Positions 13,301 through 26,366 of a stretch of DNA of 64,000 nucleotides are shown here, piece after piece. Each line of letters starts with the position of its first letter. The first letter of the stretch is position 1. Made by a program: the position numbers and the translations under genes. The notes under the pieces are model-generated. The model was not told where the DNA came from, did not search any database, and was given only the letters and a program-made list of their open reading frames with translations. The DNA is from Bilabrum cf. latius. Lineage: Eukaryota. The stretch is from the NCBI GenBank assembly GCA_965178125.1, contig OZ237742.1:806001-870000 (forward strand), written 5' to 3'.

Positions 13301-14442
13301 GCAGCCCGTGCACGAGGTGCGCCTGCATGAGCGCCGGGCTGTTCCCCCCTCCCTGCGCTCCGCCTCCCGGAGCGCCCAGGGTCGGCCCAGACGGCCAGCC
13401 AGCCATGCCGCCTGCCGGTGCTCGCACACGCGGAGGATGCCGCACCGCTTCAGAGGGCCCGAGCAGTGCCGCGTTGGATGAAGATGAGGACATGGCGTGC
13501 ACGGCAGCGGCTTCTAGGATGCCGGCACGGCCAAGCGGCTGGCTTGCAGGGAGGCCGGCGAATCCTCCAGGCTGCAAGCCAGATACTCCGGGGCTACCGG
13601 CAAGTCCCATCGGCGAAGGAGCTGGCTTTCTGGCTGAGGTTTTCGATCCAGAAGCGGCTGCAATGTGTAGGGGGGTCGATGCCGTCGCATAGAATCGAAG
13701 CGTCAGCCATTCGCACGTTGCACCACAGGCACCAAAGGAATCCCGGGACGGAACAACGCCAGTCTCTTACCTTGCAGTCGTTTCTTGCCAGTTTGGTTCG
13801 TTTTGCGAACCACAAGACAAAGAAGGTCTGGCTTCCCTTGCAAGAAGGAGGGATGAGCGTACTCATACCGTCCCGTCTTGACCTTTGGATCCCCAACCCG
13901 CTCAAAGCTGCGATAAGGGGTATGCGTAGTAGGACGAATAGTATAATGAATGCACCACGAAACGCGTGTGGCCCTCTGATGCTCCCGAGCATGGCTGCGA
14001 CGTCCAATGCAAGTAAATCCCGCCCAGGTCGACCGTTCGCGGCCAACATATCAGCTCATATACAAGCAATATACACAGTCTCGTTGACTCCTTGGTACAA
14101 TCGCACTGCATCTGTAAAAACTTACCAGTAGAAGTTCAGCTGCCTTGTAAACGAGCTAAATTGCCGATGACTGTAGTACTTTGGGAGGACGACCGAGCTG
14201 AATTGCTTGCGATCTTCTATTACAAACGACTAGCCACCCTGACCCCAGTGAACAAGATTATCGCAATCATGATCATCAACTAAACTGTACAGTGACCTGA
14301 GAAATGCAGACACGGGCCTGTGTGTCAGCTTGGGTACGGCTTCGGCTGAGATGACCGATGGCCCCCCGGCACCTTTATCGTCCCCTGCTTGGCTACTGGA
14401 TCCGCCTGATCTTTTTGATGATTTTCGACTCCTAGTAGGCAT
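7323..14442 (-). CDS. Heat-shock-factor-type DNA-binding domain protein with a very long Gln/Gly/Ser-rich C-terminus (~2,300 aa); intron ~13908-14126
   Basis: AFLRSLY...VHWGQGG(TAG)SFVI...LPKYYSHRQFSSFTRQLNFY|.FER...EYAHPSF.QGKPDLL..VVRK. Downstream ORFs ending at 12180, 11766, 11487, 10968, 9324, 8301 and 7491 are all in one frame and separated only by TAG. First TGA is at 7323-7325. Confidence 0.8.
13036..13113. repeat. 39-bp tandem duplication in the HSF CDS (SMAMAQHQHQEAG x2)
   Basis: ccagcctcctgatgctgatgctgggccatggccatcgag occurs twice in a row. Confidence 0.85.
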
Positions 14443-14595
14443 GGTGTCTAAACCAGGTACGAGAGCCTAGGTGCGTCAGTGCACGGCGGGCCACTGCGAG
14501 TGTTCCACCGCAGCGGGCTTGCGACCACTGGAACACAATGGGCAAGCCAGCGAAAGAAATTTGATGTGAGGCTCATACCTAATAAAATCCTGATA

Positions 14596-15843
14596 TTAGA
14601 AGCAACAGTTGCACAAACAACCAAATGCGACCCCTTTCATGCGCAAAGCAGGGCGCCCGGCTATGCTAGACCCGGCTCGAAGCGCCGCAGGCTCTGCTTC
14701 AATGTCCCCAGGCTTCTCAGGGGTAACTCCTGTCGTGGTCAATACCGCTCTGATGAATACTCTTTGCATTCGAAGGCCAGACTTTCTATTCCTTGACTCG
14801 ACGCATGAGTATCGGCAGCACCAGCTGCAGTGTCGATCCGACTGATCGCCTAATCTCATGCCAACCAACCCAGCTTCGGGTGTAGGCGGGGCCACACTCA
14901 TCTTCGCACTGCAGTACTTGTCACCCGGAAGCACGACTTTCAGGCTCGGGGTTCTGCTCGATGCTTGCGGGTGGCCATCAAGTGCTGCCTCAGACACCGT
15001 TTGCAGGTGCATACGTGTTTCGTCCCTAGGCTCCCACTCACCACATATGCACCTTTCTGCTTGCCTGCACAGCGCGACAAACTCTTCGAGGCTGAAAAAA
15101 TGCGTGAGGGTGCCATCAGGGCGCGCGAATGATCGCACCAGCTACCCCTCCCACACGCCGACGTCCCTGCCACCGAGCTAGTCGCGTGGCTCTGACGCGC
15201 TGGTGGCTTCTTTGGTCGCAATCGGGCCTCCTCCCAGCCCCTTGGCATTGCCACGGATCATCGCATGATCCATGATGCCGTAATCACGGAAGCAGAGGAT
15301 ACCCCCTGGTGCCAGCATCGCGAGCATAGCACCCAGCGCGCAAGGATGCTGCGCATCGGGGATCGCTGATAGAACAAAGGTGCACAAGACGGCATCAAAC
15401 TGCCCGCGCAGTGTGTGTGGAAGTGCTTGTGGACCTTTCGCGATATCAAGTATGCGAAAGCTTGCCGCACCCGGCGCACAAGCAGCTTCACATTGCTTTA
15501 TTGCAGTTTCTGCAATGTCAGAAGCCATACTTGCCACTCCCTTCAGTTTAGATAGCAAGCCCATGCTGGCCCCATTGCCAGCACCTAGCTCGTGAATTCG
15601 AAAATCACGGATTTGCCGAGATGAAAAATGAGCCAGCAGCCTTGAACGGAGCTCTGGAAAGCCAGCTAGCAAGCTATTGCGAGGCTGGAAAAACAAGCCT
15701 TTGCCATGCTGCCGATAAAACTTGTCCCACGCATCTGAACGGGCCACAGGAAACACTTCTGAGCATTTAGTTTCAGCTTCAAGGGGTGCCGTCGTCTGTT
15801 TCGGTGGAAACTCGAAATCTGCTTCGTAGTATCTTGAACTCTG
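14596..15843 (-). CDS. SAM-dependent methyltransferase, METTL2/METTL6 (tRNA m3C)-like; 5' end uncertain
   Basis: WDKFY...FFQPR..L...FPEL, ELGAGNG, FVLSAIP, GGILCFRDYG..D.AM.R and RPDGTLTHFFS. TAGs at 15178 and 15142 lie inside the domain; ends TAA 14596-14598. Confidence 0.8.
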
Positions 15844-16080
15844 AGTACTGGCAAACAGGCGGCTCTACTCCATATGCGCGCATCGAAACCGCAATAAATG
15901 GTCCTATTTGCAATTGCAATGCTAGCTTAATTCATTCATTACCATCAATGCATGATTTCGACCGCAATCACAACTTTGCGGTTACGGTGCTGATGAATCT
16001 AGTGGTGATGTAGAGAAGCAATCCAACGATCCGGATCCATCGACTTGGTGGCGCACTGAGTGGCGCACCAGCCTTCGAGA

Positions 16081-19000
16081 TTATGCGGGGCCAATGGCAC
16101 CCATCTACTCGGCTGCTATGACGCCGGGCATGGACTGGATGAACTGGACTGCCCGAGGAATGGCTTGTCGGGCCCTTGCGAGCTCCACAGCCCGCCGGCG
16201 AGCGGTTGACCGGTGCGGCTTCCACCCAGGCCGGGGCCGACTTGCCTCCGATAGTTGTGGCGTTGGCAAGCGCCCAAGGTGGAGTGAGTGCCTGGGCTTC
16301 TCCGTGTTTGCGGAGCTCGGTCCCTCGGCATACGGGACCCCTGCATGCTACTGGTGACCATAGGGTTGTGAGCCGAGCCCTCCACCCCCTCCCACTCCCA
16401 TCATGTTTCCCTTGCTATCAAGTTTGGCCGCAATCGCTGGAATGGGGCCTCGGGTCGAGTAAAGAATAGAGCGGGGCCTCGCCTAGCCTCGCAGCATGTC
16501 CTTGTAGATCTAGGCTCCCGCACTCGTCATATTAGGAAGCACAAGCGTTCGTTCCTGCTTCCTGTGCTTGACAATAGCCTCGCAGTCGCTCTTGCGCTTC
16601 CTTGCTGCTTCCAGCCCGCGGCGATACCTCACCTTGAGGTCCTCGACGCCCCAGTGAGCCATGCCGCCGCGGATGAGCTGCTGGTCCGCCCGACGAGCCG
16701 CCGCTTTCTCCTTTGACAGCGTCTGAGTTGCTTCATCCATCCGTGTTCCGTGTCTCCCCTGCAGCTGGTGCGACCGCAGCATGGCTGCCCTGCCCTTTGA
16801 TGCCAAGTAGGAGCCGCTCGCGTGCATGCCACCTACGGGCAATCCCAGCGAGTCGTAAACAAGCGCAGTCAGGCCGGTGTGGATCGCTCGTCTAGGACTG
16901 TGCTTTGACGCGCTGTGCGCGCCTGACTCACGACGGCTTGATCTGCTGGGCAACCACCTGGTCCTGTGCCTGTCGCCATGGAAAAGTCCAGGCATCAAGA
17001 GCGGTGAGCCCAGAGCATGGACGGCATCGAGCGCATTGGCAGCATCGAGCGCAGAATCGGTCTCCCAGCCTGAATCATCCTATTGATCGGTATCCGAGAT
17101 GGGGGACAGGCCGCTCCCAGCCTTGTCCATTGCATTAACTCGTTGTGGTTGCTGCTCCTTCGGTTGGCGACTCTGCGACGGCAGCCGAATGTCTCTCTGC
17201 GACATGGCGTGCTCTGTGGTACCGAGCAAGAGGCCGTGCCTCGAATGCCGTATGCTCGATGTGATCCCGTAGTTGCTCCCTGCCTGCATCGCATTGGCTT
17301 GTTGAGGCGCAAGGCACTCCTGCTCGCTCATGTGTCCGGGTTTGTGATGCACGCTTGGTGCTACTGGAGCTGTAAGCAACCCGTGGGAGCCTCCCGCGAT
17401 GCCACTCGCGGAGCCGTTGTCTTTTCGGTTCAGACCAATGCGCGCCTCTGGCTATGATCGTCCTTCATTGGTAATACCATGCAGCTCATCGCGTGCGCTA
17501 TCCCTGCCCTAGCTGTTACCTTCGCTTCCAGAGTCGCTGGCGCCGATGTCAATGTCTGGCAGAGCATCGCCAGACCCGGGGATCGGAAGCAGCGAAGGGG
17601 AGGAAGCCATCCGTTTCCGCACGAAGGGGACACGCGCACCACCGGAGCGCGATATTTCAGGACTGCCGCTCTCTGTGTCAGAGAACATTGAGCCGACCGT
17701 AGATGATCTGCTCCTGCTGCTTCGCATTGGCGAGACCGGCCTCATCTGCCGAACTGCGTTCAGTGCTGCAAGCGCGATGGGATTACTGACAGCACTGAGC
17801 CTTCGCACGTTCTTGCTCAAGTGCTTTGCATTGAGTGCCTTTGTCTTTCGAACAGACCCTGCATCGCTTCCGTTGTTGCCGTCAAAGTCGAGTGACGGAA
17901 GGCTGGCAATAGATCTACTTGGCAGGCTTCCTACGGATCCGAGCCTACGCCTGCCAACGTGCACGTGTACGAGCTGCTGGGGAGGAGAATCGTGGCTTGT
18001 GTCGCCCACGGCCTAGATTCCTAGGGGGTCGGACCGGTGGAGTAGGCCGTGGGGCTGTCGACCCAGCACGAATCCGCTGTGTCTGCGAGTACGTGGATTC
18101 GATCGCAGCTGACGTGCAGCAACAGCAGTAGCATCAGGAGGTGCAGGTGCATGATTGGCTCCACGGGGCCTTTCCGCCCGTGCACCATCGATGCTACGAG
18201 GAGAATCGTGGCTTGTGTCGCCCACGGCCTAGATTCCTAAGGGGTCGGACCGGTGAAGTAGGCCGTGGGGCTGTCGACCCAGCACGAATCCGCTGTGTCT
18301 GCGGGTACGTGGATTCGATGGCAGCTGGCGTGCAGCAACAGCAGCAGGTGCAGGTGCATGATTGGCTCCACAGGGCCCTTCCACCCATGCACCATCGCTG
18401 CTACTGCTTGAGCTTGCTGAACTGGACCTGTACGTTGGCAGAGGTTGATTTTGTCTTCCTGGAACACGAATCTTAGACGGCGGGGATATGCGAAGAACGC
18501 CGGGCGATCCCACAGGTGACGCGTCGTTCTAATGCGTCAAACCGCTAGTACCCTCCTCGATGCCACAGGCGGTGGCAAATGCTGCTGGCTATTGTACCTC
18601 TGCTGCTGTTTGATCTGTCGCCCCATCCATGCGGTCTTGCCTCCCTTCTCCATTCGATTTCGTCGTTGCCGCGCTACTGCTCGAATCGACGCTGGACCTG
18701 TTGCTCTCTGCGGTCCCAGCAGCTTTACGTCCCTCTGTTTTGCTTGCAGGTGCGTCCCGTACCGAGCTAGAACCACCAACCGCGCAATGCACGTCTCCGA
18801 TTTGAGGTCGTCGGGCTGGCTTGAATCCCGGGGGTGCTTCAATCGTGCGCCTGCGCGGCTCCGTTGACCTCTTCCTAGCTACTGACTCGCTAGATGCCTG
18901 AGGGTCAAAGCCAGTGAACGCATCGATAGCATCATCACCAGCCAAGGGCTCGCAGTCCAGCAGTCTGCTTGCTTTCAGGGTTCCCTGGTCGTCAGCAATC

Positions 19001-21219
19001 ACGCCAGGGCCGTCCAAGGAACCATCACGAGTTACTCCAGAGCGACCGACGATCCCGTGGCGCTTTGATGCGCTCTATGTTCTCGTCTTTGATTTCCCCC
19101 AATGTCGAATCGGCGCAGTACTGCGCCATTCTTGCAGCTGCCTCAGCTGAGGGATGCTGCTGTCCTGCTCAGAAGCCCCGCTGGCACCGCCACCGCCAAG
19201 GCCAGAGGACGACACTGATGCGGAGCCCCCTGGCCTAGAAGGCATGGCCATTTCCTCCCAAAGAGAAATGCCGCCGTTTCCGCCTCCTGCATGCATGGGT
19301 TGGATCTTTCTCCTAGCGGGGCCTGGAGGCCGGCTGATCGCACGTTGCTAGGAAGCCTTGTGACCAGCCCCGAGCCAGGACCCGAGCCCAGTGCCTATTC
19401 CGATGGCATCGTCCAAGCCATGGTGATCCATGCCCGCCTCATCGTCACTACTATGGTTTCCGTCTGAACCTGGATGCTCGCTCCCTTCCATTGCCGCCTT
19501 TCGCTGCTCTTCCAGGTGCTCGACGAGCCGAGTTGTCACGCCGCACGCCTCGATCGCGTGCTTGAACACGTCCTCCTTGACCCTCGCGGCCACCATGGCG
19601 AACTGAGAGGCTCCCATCTCCCACACGATGCAAGTCGTCCTGGCTCTGTACTCGAGTAGAGATGGCCTCTCGAGGAGAAATGGCAGAGCCCCGATCGTGT
19701 GGCCGCTGCTGACGTCGCACAGCTTGCGCAGTTTTCGGTGGCGGGATGCAGAGGGCGGCCGACGCGCTCCGGTGCGGCGATGTGCCTTTCCGAGGGCGTG
19801 ATGCGCGTGATTCGGTGCCCAGATCTCTGCTTCGCCAGTTTGAAGCAGCACGATGCCGCTCGCCGGGGCTCCCTCTGCCAGGATTGTCGCGCCAGGGCTG
19901 ACTTTAACAGGCCGCATGCCCAGCATGAACTCCGTGGCCTGGGTCTTTGTAAGTCTTCTCAGGAATGGAAGCCTCAAGAACATGTTTAATCGATCGCTGG
20001 AGATGTCAAGGAGGTCCTGTAGAGGCCTGTGAATGTTGAAATCGTCCCTCGATATGGACAGGAGCAGGCAGGCGCTGAGGGCTCGAACGGTAGCCGTGCG
20101 GTGCTGCGACCTCGAGCGGAGCGCCAACTCCCCGAATGTCCGCCCTTCGTTGATTCTTCCCACCAGTCGATGACCAGGAAGGGCATGAAGCGCGTCTTGT
20201 CCCAGGATGCTGAAGGGCGACGACGGGCTGTCTACAGCTATGCCTCCCGCCCCGGTTCCATGATTCGATTCGGGCTTAGCAGACGCAGCAGAGACCTGTC
20301 TTTGCGACGGGACGGGCGTGCTTTCGCCATCGGTGTGATACATTGGACTGCTGCTCGCCTAGTCTGGGCCTCCGGCGTGCTCTACTAGTTGGCTCATCCC
20401 TTGGATTTCAGTGAGGGTTAGCTGGTGCGGCAGTTGCTGCGATTTGCCGCGGCTTAGCCGACTGCTGCGGCGCGGTGAACTATCTTTAGCTTGTTGGGCC
20501 GCATCTGAGACGGACTCGGTGGAAGGTTTAGGAGACTGTCCGGGCTGACGAGAGACGCTGCCTCGTCGGGAGCGCTACGCGCTGGCAGGTCTTGAAGCGG
20601 CTGGACCACCTGCTGCCGCCGAGAGGACCATTGAACCGCGACGCTAAGACAAACGGCGTCCGCCGGTTGCCCCTAGATGCATGCCCGATAATTTGCGTAC
20701 ACTCGAGCCTACCGCTGCCGCAAGAGCGGAATAGCACAGTTCTGCTTGTTTCAGCATATCCTACGCGGGGGCTCCAAGCGGCCTGCTCTCCGGAGAAACG
20801 TGCTGCCAACGATTGCTGGAATGGTTTGGCCCACTGCTGTCTTTGTGTCGCTCAAAGACGCCGAGCTACCCGGCCAAGACGCAAAAAAGCTTATCACCCA
20901 AGTCGCCTTGTTGGAACAGGCACGTCCCTCTGTCCAGTTTCACGAGCCCCAAAACTCTTGGTAAAATTTCCAAACAAGCCTTGTTTACCCGTTTCAAGAT
21001 TGGTATTTTGTCAAAGTTTTGCAGAAGCATCGTCTGAATGGCGTTCACATCTGATCTGCATCTCTGCTTCGCATCGATTGCCAGGGCTCCTAGAATACCT
21101 GGAGAATCGAATGCTTGCTCAAAGTTTGACTCAGTTTCCTATAATGAAGTCGGTAGCGTACTCATCTCATTCGCAGGAGCTTTGCGGGAGTTCCGTTGGC
21201 CAAGGTGAATCAAGGGCAT
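16081..21219 (-). CDS. Large cyclic-nucleotide-binding-domain protein (~1,700 aa); start uncertain
   Basis: LFQQGDLGDKLFCVLAG(TAG)LGV, GRTFGELAL...RTATVRA and a second CNB domain (ILAEGAPASGIVLLQTGEAEI). All minus-strand pieces from 21048 to 16510 share one frame and are joined by TAG; ends TAA 16081-16083. Confidence 0.7.
17984..18400. repeat. ~216-bp (72-codon) in-frame tandem duplication inside the cNMP gene
   Basis: ggagaatcgtggcttgtgtcgcccacggcctagattcct... starts at ~17984 and again at ~18200. The peptide GDTSHDSP is repeated. Confidence 0.9.
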
Positions 21220-21558
21220 GCTCCGCTCCGATCACTCGTCACGGCCGAGCGTGGCAAATCTGGATGCTTGCGGTCAAACGACCCGAAGTCTGCCTTGCCT
21301 GCAAGGCCACACTCATGCGGAAGTGAACTTGACCGAGACAATCATACTATGCAGCTATACGCAGGGCATGATGTAGCCCCGCCCCACTGGCAGTGCTGAC
21401 CCCCCCCCGACAGCTAGCGATAGCAGATGCTATCTAGCTTACCACCACATCGGGAGCCATAGGCTACCTTGTGATTCCATATAAACCACCAATAGGATAA
21501 CCCAACCATCCGAAAGGGGGGGGGGGCTGGCTGCACCTATCACCGACTCCCTGTAAGA

Positions 21559-23626
21559 TCAGGAGGCAAGGCCTCTCCCGGCCGCTGCTGCCCGTAGCCT
21601 AGGCCCCGATGATGCCCTTGCTGCGGTTTCAGCCCCAGTTCCATGCCAACCTCTCGTGCTTTCCACCTTGTCCACCGCACCACTGCCGCCTACACACGCA
21701 GGCGCCGGTACCTCTCCCGTGCCAGGCCCTCGACCCGCACCCGCACCCGCACCCGCACCCGCACCCGCACCCGCACCCACACCGGCGCGAGTCCGAGCCG
21801 TTGGATCTCTGTTAACTTGCTCCCAACTGCCGGAGCTGCGACGGGACCCGCTTTGTAGTGCAACTGAACTGCTGCCCGAAGCTACTGCTCCTGCTCCAGT
21901 GAAACTTCTGGTTGGCGAAGGCTACGCCCGCGCCCTACTGGCCACACTATCACCGAGAACCACCGCCCCTGCCATGCTCTTCGCTGAGAGAGCAGCGATT
22001 CTGGTGGCACCAGGGGCAGCCTCGCCCTCGCACGATGCGGGTAACCCGCTTGTCACAGGACCCTCGTTCTCTAAGTCTGCATCCTTCGAATCCTTTTTAG
22101 TCCCGACATTTCCAGGCCCTTCTTCCGCCCCTCTCCTGCAGCACCAGGCAGCGTCGTCAGTGGAGGCGTACCTCGGAATGGAGCGGACCCGAGCACGTGA
22201 TTGAGGTGGTGACCCGCCCCTGGACGACGACGAGTGCGGACGAGATGACGAGCACAGCACGCAGCTGGACTGCCGCCTGCCACCCTCGCCGGCGCACCAG
22301 CCGCTCTGGTCGTGCTCTGCGCCGCCAAGGTCCTCCTGTTCCTTGACCCGTTCCTTGTCGTCTACCGAAGAAGTTGTGCTCAAACTGGCATCGCCAGGCC
22401 GAGCTGCCATCAAATCAAACTCCAATCTGTCTGCGTGAATGCGGCGGCTGCACCGGCAGCCGTCGAAGGTACCGCCGCTCGACGTCGCCACGGAAGATGG
22501 GGCAGATGCTACGGGGGTCCGCACCTAGTCTGGTCCACCAGTGTGGGAGGCACCGCCGGACGCTTTGTGGCATGCTTCGCACCCTTCGCCCGGCGAAGCA
22601 TCCGGCAAACTAGGAGGAGACATGGAGCCGTCGTGCGCTGCCGCAAGCAAGTGCTCCTAGCCGAGTCCCTGGGCCTCGGCCTCGGTCTCGGCCTATCCCA
22701 AACCATGCAGACCAGCCTTCAGTTCAGAACCGCGCTCATTCCGCCTCCGTAGCTCGTCAACAAACCAATCATGCCTGTGAGGTGGAGATGTTAAATAAAG
22801 TAAGCAAAGATACAGCACGAATGGGTTCTCATTTGCACCACCGAATGCCTGCAAGGCTCCGAAATGCGCAAGGTGCGATCGAGCACGTCTCAAGGTGCGG
22901 GTCCCGCTCACTTGATGCCCGGGGGCCGAGACTCCGCGAATGCGGCCAAAGCATCATCAAGGCTCAGCTTGCACCGCTAGGTTAGATATGTCACTATCAT
23001 AAAGCCCGTTCGGTTGTAGCTATAATGGCAGTGAACGGCGACAAGCCCGCCGGGCGTCCTGGTTCTGTATCTATCAACCCTACGGTTGAACTCGAGCGTG
23101 TCCAGTTCAGACGGAACTACCTTTGACTGCGAAGAGCGAATATCAGCAGAATTTAGTGGCTTTTATTTGAACCCGGGATGCGATTTCTCATGATTCAACG
23201 CAATAAGAATAGTCCGTCGGGTTCACTCACCTGCAACAGCAGTTTCGTATGCTGCAGCTCCGGCACCTCGTCACTATATGTGCTCAAGCAGTGGTGGGAT
23301 AGGTCAATAACATATCTGACGCCTGGAAAACTGCGCTTGACTTGCATTAAGGTGTGATTCTCCTGCGAATCTCCGTCAAACGGCAGCTTCATTGGCAGAA
23401 AGAGCCCTCGAATCAATCCGCCAAACTTAGGAACCTTTTGCCACTTGGAAGGGTTCTTGAGTGGTAACTCGGTGTAACCACAAGGCGATTCAATCTACAA
23501 AATCTGAGCTCGACTTGCGCTTGAATGAAACGAACACATTCGTGCGCGGCTATGCATGTCATCTGGGCTGTCCTTGCCGGAGTCATCAGCTGCACTGCTA
23601 CCGGCCCGGGCTAAGCATGACTCCAT
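21559..23626 (-). CDS. Dual-specificity / RNA triphosphatase-like cysteine phosphatase (CX5R) with a low-complexity tail; introns ~23128-23230 and ~22776-22911
   Basis: KNPSKWQKV...FLPMK, VIDLSH, SKVVP, VAVHCHYSYNRTGFMIVTYL and FAESRPPGIK|HDWFVDEL. TAGs include 23495, 22977, 22693, 22525 and 21922; ends TGA 21559. Confidence 0.78.
21733..21780. repeat. Hexamer microsatellite (cccgca) x~8, encoding a Gly-Ala repeat
   Basis: Directly visible tandem hexamers. Confidence 0.9.
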
Positions 23627-23738
23627 CAACTCTGATAAAGACTTGTGAATGTTTCCGGTGGTTGCGTTGAGTACTGTTACCGCTTCAAGGTGCGAAACAA
23701 AGGTTGGCAAGCTTGATTTGTAACGTCTAATTACATCA

Positions 23739-26089
23739 ATGGAATGTGGTTTCTACGGCAACTGGAGAAGCTATGGTGCTACAGTTCTTGTACGTCTGAC
23801 ATAGGATTTCGTTTGCGCCCACAGCCTGAAATCTGAATATCTGCACTATAACGCTGCGTTGAGTCGTAGAAATGTCCTTCTCACCGTGGTTTAGAGTTAG
23901 AAATCCTGCTTGTATAGCCCGTACTGGTTGACCCGCTATTGCTGCATGCTGTCCAATTCTTGAACGTTGTTCCTTTTTGTACCGTCTCGCAGACTGTACT
24001 TTCGGGCGTAGGATTCTGGTCGGTGAGCTCATCTGCTGGTATTCGCGTGAACCTTAGCAGCACTACGAACACTTGGAGTACTGGACACCGCTGCGCCATA
24101 CTTTGCCGAATCGGAAACGCAGGATGCCTATGATCTGTTTGCAATCGACATTGTCCGAGAAGTGAGATCTCTAGCGCCTGCAACTTGATGAAGCTCTGGT
24201 AACTTTCTCAAACCACGCTTGGTCGCTACACCTTCGCCAATATCCCTTGTCTGTGCGCAGTCCATGGCCGACGACCCGTATCTTGGGGAGAACGACAGCA
24301 CAGCAACTGATTTGGCTCACAAAAAAACGCTTGTGAGCGTGGCTGCGCTGGTTGGGGCCGTGCTAGGACAGCTCATCTTCGGCATACTTGCTGACCGGAT
24401 CGGTCGCCGGGTGATTTTCGTCGTCACGATTTCTTGCGTGATCGTCGGTGCCGGCCTGTCTGCCTCCGTGGTACCTAGCGAGCACTTTAGTCCTTTCTAT
24501 CAGCTCGCACTGTGGCAGTTCATCATGGGATTCGGGTGAGGCGAGGGACTCAACAGCCGAGTGCGCTTGTTCTCATGCTCGGCACTCGGATTTTGCGCCC
24601 CGTTGGTGTGCTTCCATCCATCCATCGATCCGCTCGATGCATGAGTATTAAGACTATGTAACCCTCACACCAACCCCACCTGCTTGTTCCCTGGTCTCGT
24701 TGCCCCCCCCGCAGGATCGGTGGTGAGTACCCCCTAAGCGCCACCATTTCCTCGGAGGCTGCCTCTACCAAGGACCGTGGAAAGAACGTGTCGCTAGTGT
24801 TTGCCATGCAGGGCTGGGGCAACCTGACCGCGGGAATGCTGGGATGGGCGCTGCTGAAGGGGCTCGAGCACCGCGACGTGGACCGCTACACGATCGTGTG
24901 GCGCTGCATGCTGGCGTTCGGCGGTGTCCCCGGACTGCTCACGGTGTACTTCAGGTACCAGATGGAGGAATCGAAGATATTCTCGAAGAGCCAGGGGCAC
25001 CCCGCAGAAGATGGAGGGGCGGGGCAGGACGCGGGCAAGGGGCAGGCGCTGCTCGCGGACCAGTCACTCGGTGGAGCCACGGCGATCAACGCGGGCTCGG
25101 GCGCGGTCGTGGCCCCAGCCGCCCCGGCGCAGGAGCTGGGGTGTGCGCGCACCATGTCGACGCTGCGAACCTTCGGCTGGATCCTCGCCGGCACCGCAGG
25201 CTCCTGGTTCCTCTTTGACGTGACGTTCTACGGCAACGCCGTCTTTGCCACCAAGATCATCTCCACGCTGCAGCCTATCGACGACGACGACACGCAGTAC
25301 GACAAGCTGCAGAAGCACGCGCTCAGCAAGTTCATCATCACCGCCATCGCGCTCCCAGGGTACTACCTCGGCGTGTTTACCATCGACGTGATCGGGAGGA
25401 GGTAGCTGCAAATGTTTGGCTTCGGCATGACGGGCGTGGTGTTCGCGCTGCTGGCTCTCTTCGCCGAGGACATGTCGCACAAGAAGCTCGGAGCTCTCGT
25501 GGTGGCCCTGTACGGCCTTAGCTTCCTGTTCGCCAACTGGGGCCCCAACACGACGACTTACGTGATCCCCTCGGAGAGTTTCCCCACGTGGGCGCGAGCC
25601 ACGTGCCACGGAATCAGCGCTGCATCTGGCAAACTGGGGGCGGTGGTGGGCAGCTTCGGGCTGGGCGAGATCATCGAGGCCGGGGGCAAGGGATGGACCC
25701 CTCTGGAGACAGTGCTGTGGATCTGCACGGGGGTGTCGGTGGCTGGGGTGCTGTGGACCTTCTTTTTCACCCGCGACATGTCGGCAGTCAGCCTGGAAGA
25801 CCTGGATGCGGGAAGGATCAACGGGCCCACCCCATCGGGGAGGGTCGTGCCCGGCACGCCAAAGCCTGGCAGCCTCTTCGCCCATGCGGATGTGGAAGCG
25901 GACAAGTACGCCCCCGTCTCTGATTTCCCAGAGAACAAGTCAGCCACCCCGGAGCTGAGGGATTCTCAGCTGTATGCCGAGGAGGCCAGCGGCAGGACCG
26001 GGCGGGCTGGAGCGGGTGGGCGCATCGAGATCCAGGGGGCGGGCCAGTATGGCAACGCGGGTGACTAGAGCAACAGCACCTACATGTGA
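23739..26089 (+). CDS. MFS inorganic phosphate:H+ symporter (PHO84/PHT1-like), 4 introns
   Basis: SGVGFWS|DAYDLF split over small exons, GQLIFGILADRIGRR, G|IGGEYPLSA, FAMQGWG, SWFLFDVTFYG and ANWGPNTTTYVIPSESFPT..RATCHGISAASGKLGA. TAG at 25403 (IGRR*LQ) and 26066; ends TGA 26087-26089. Confidence 0.92.
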
Positions 26090-26366
26090 ATGTGATTTGC
26101 GAGGCGCTGGGTTGACATGGGGTAGCGCATGGCCGGCGACAATCGATGCTAGCAGTGCTTATACTAGCACTTTGCTGGTGGGAGATTCTGGTGGTAGGGG
26201 TCGCCCCAGCTGTTTGTTTCCCCGTGTTTGGCCTTGCGTACTTGATGGGAGCTCTACTTGCGATTATTGAGCCTGTTATGTGTCATCTCGGATTCAGTTG
26301 TCATTTCCGGTTTTCGAGCATTCAGTGCCGTTGGGACTAGCCTTCATTTTCGAGTCTATCAGTGCT

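Noticed and set aside
21395-21535. tRNA (sought suppressor tRNA-CUA) or MITE in the spacer bounded by C9 and G12 runs
   Set aside because: No cloverleaf, T-loop or D-loop consensus is visible. The complementarity is only homopolymeric and there is no target-site duplication.
23736-24183. Minus-strand ORFs as an N-terminal extension of the phosphatase
   Set aside because: This interval holds the small 5' exons and introns of the plus-strand phosphate transporter (SGVGFWS|DAYDLF).
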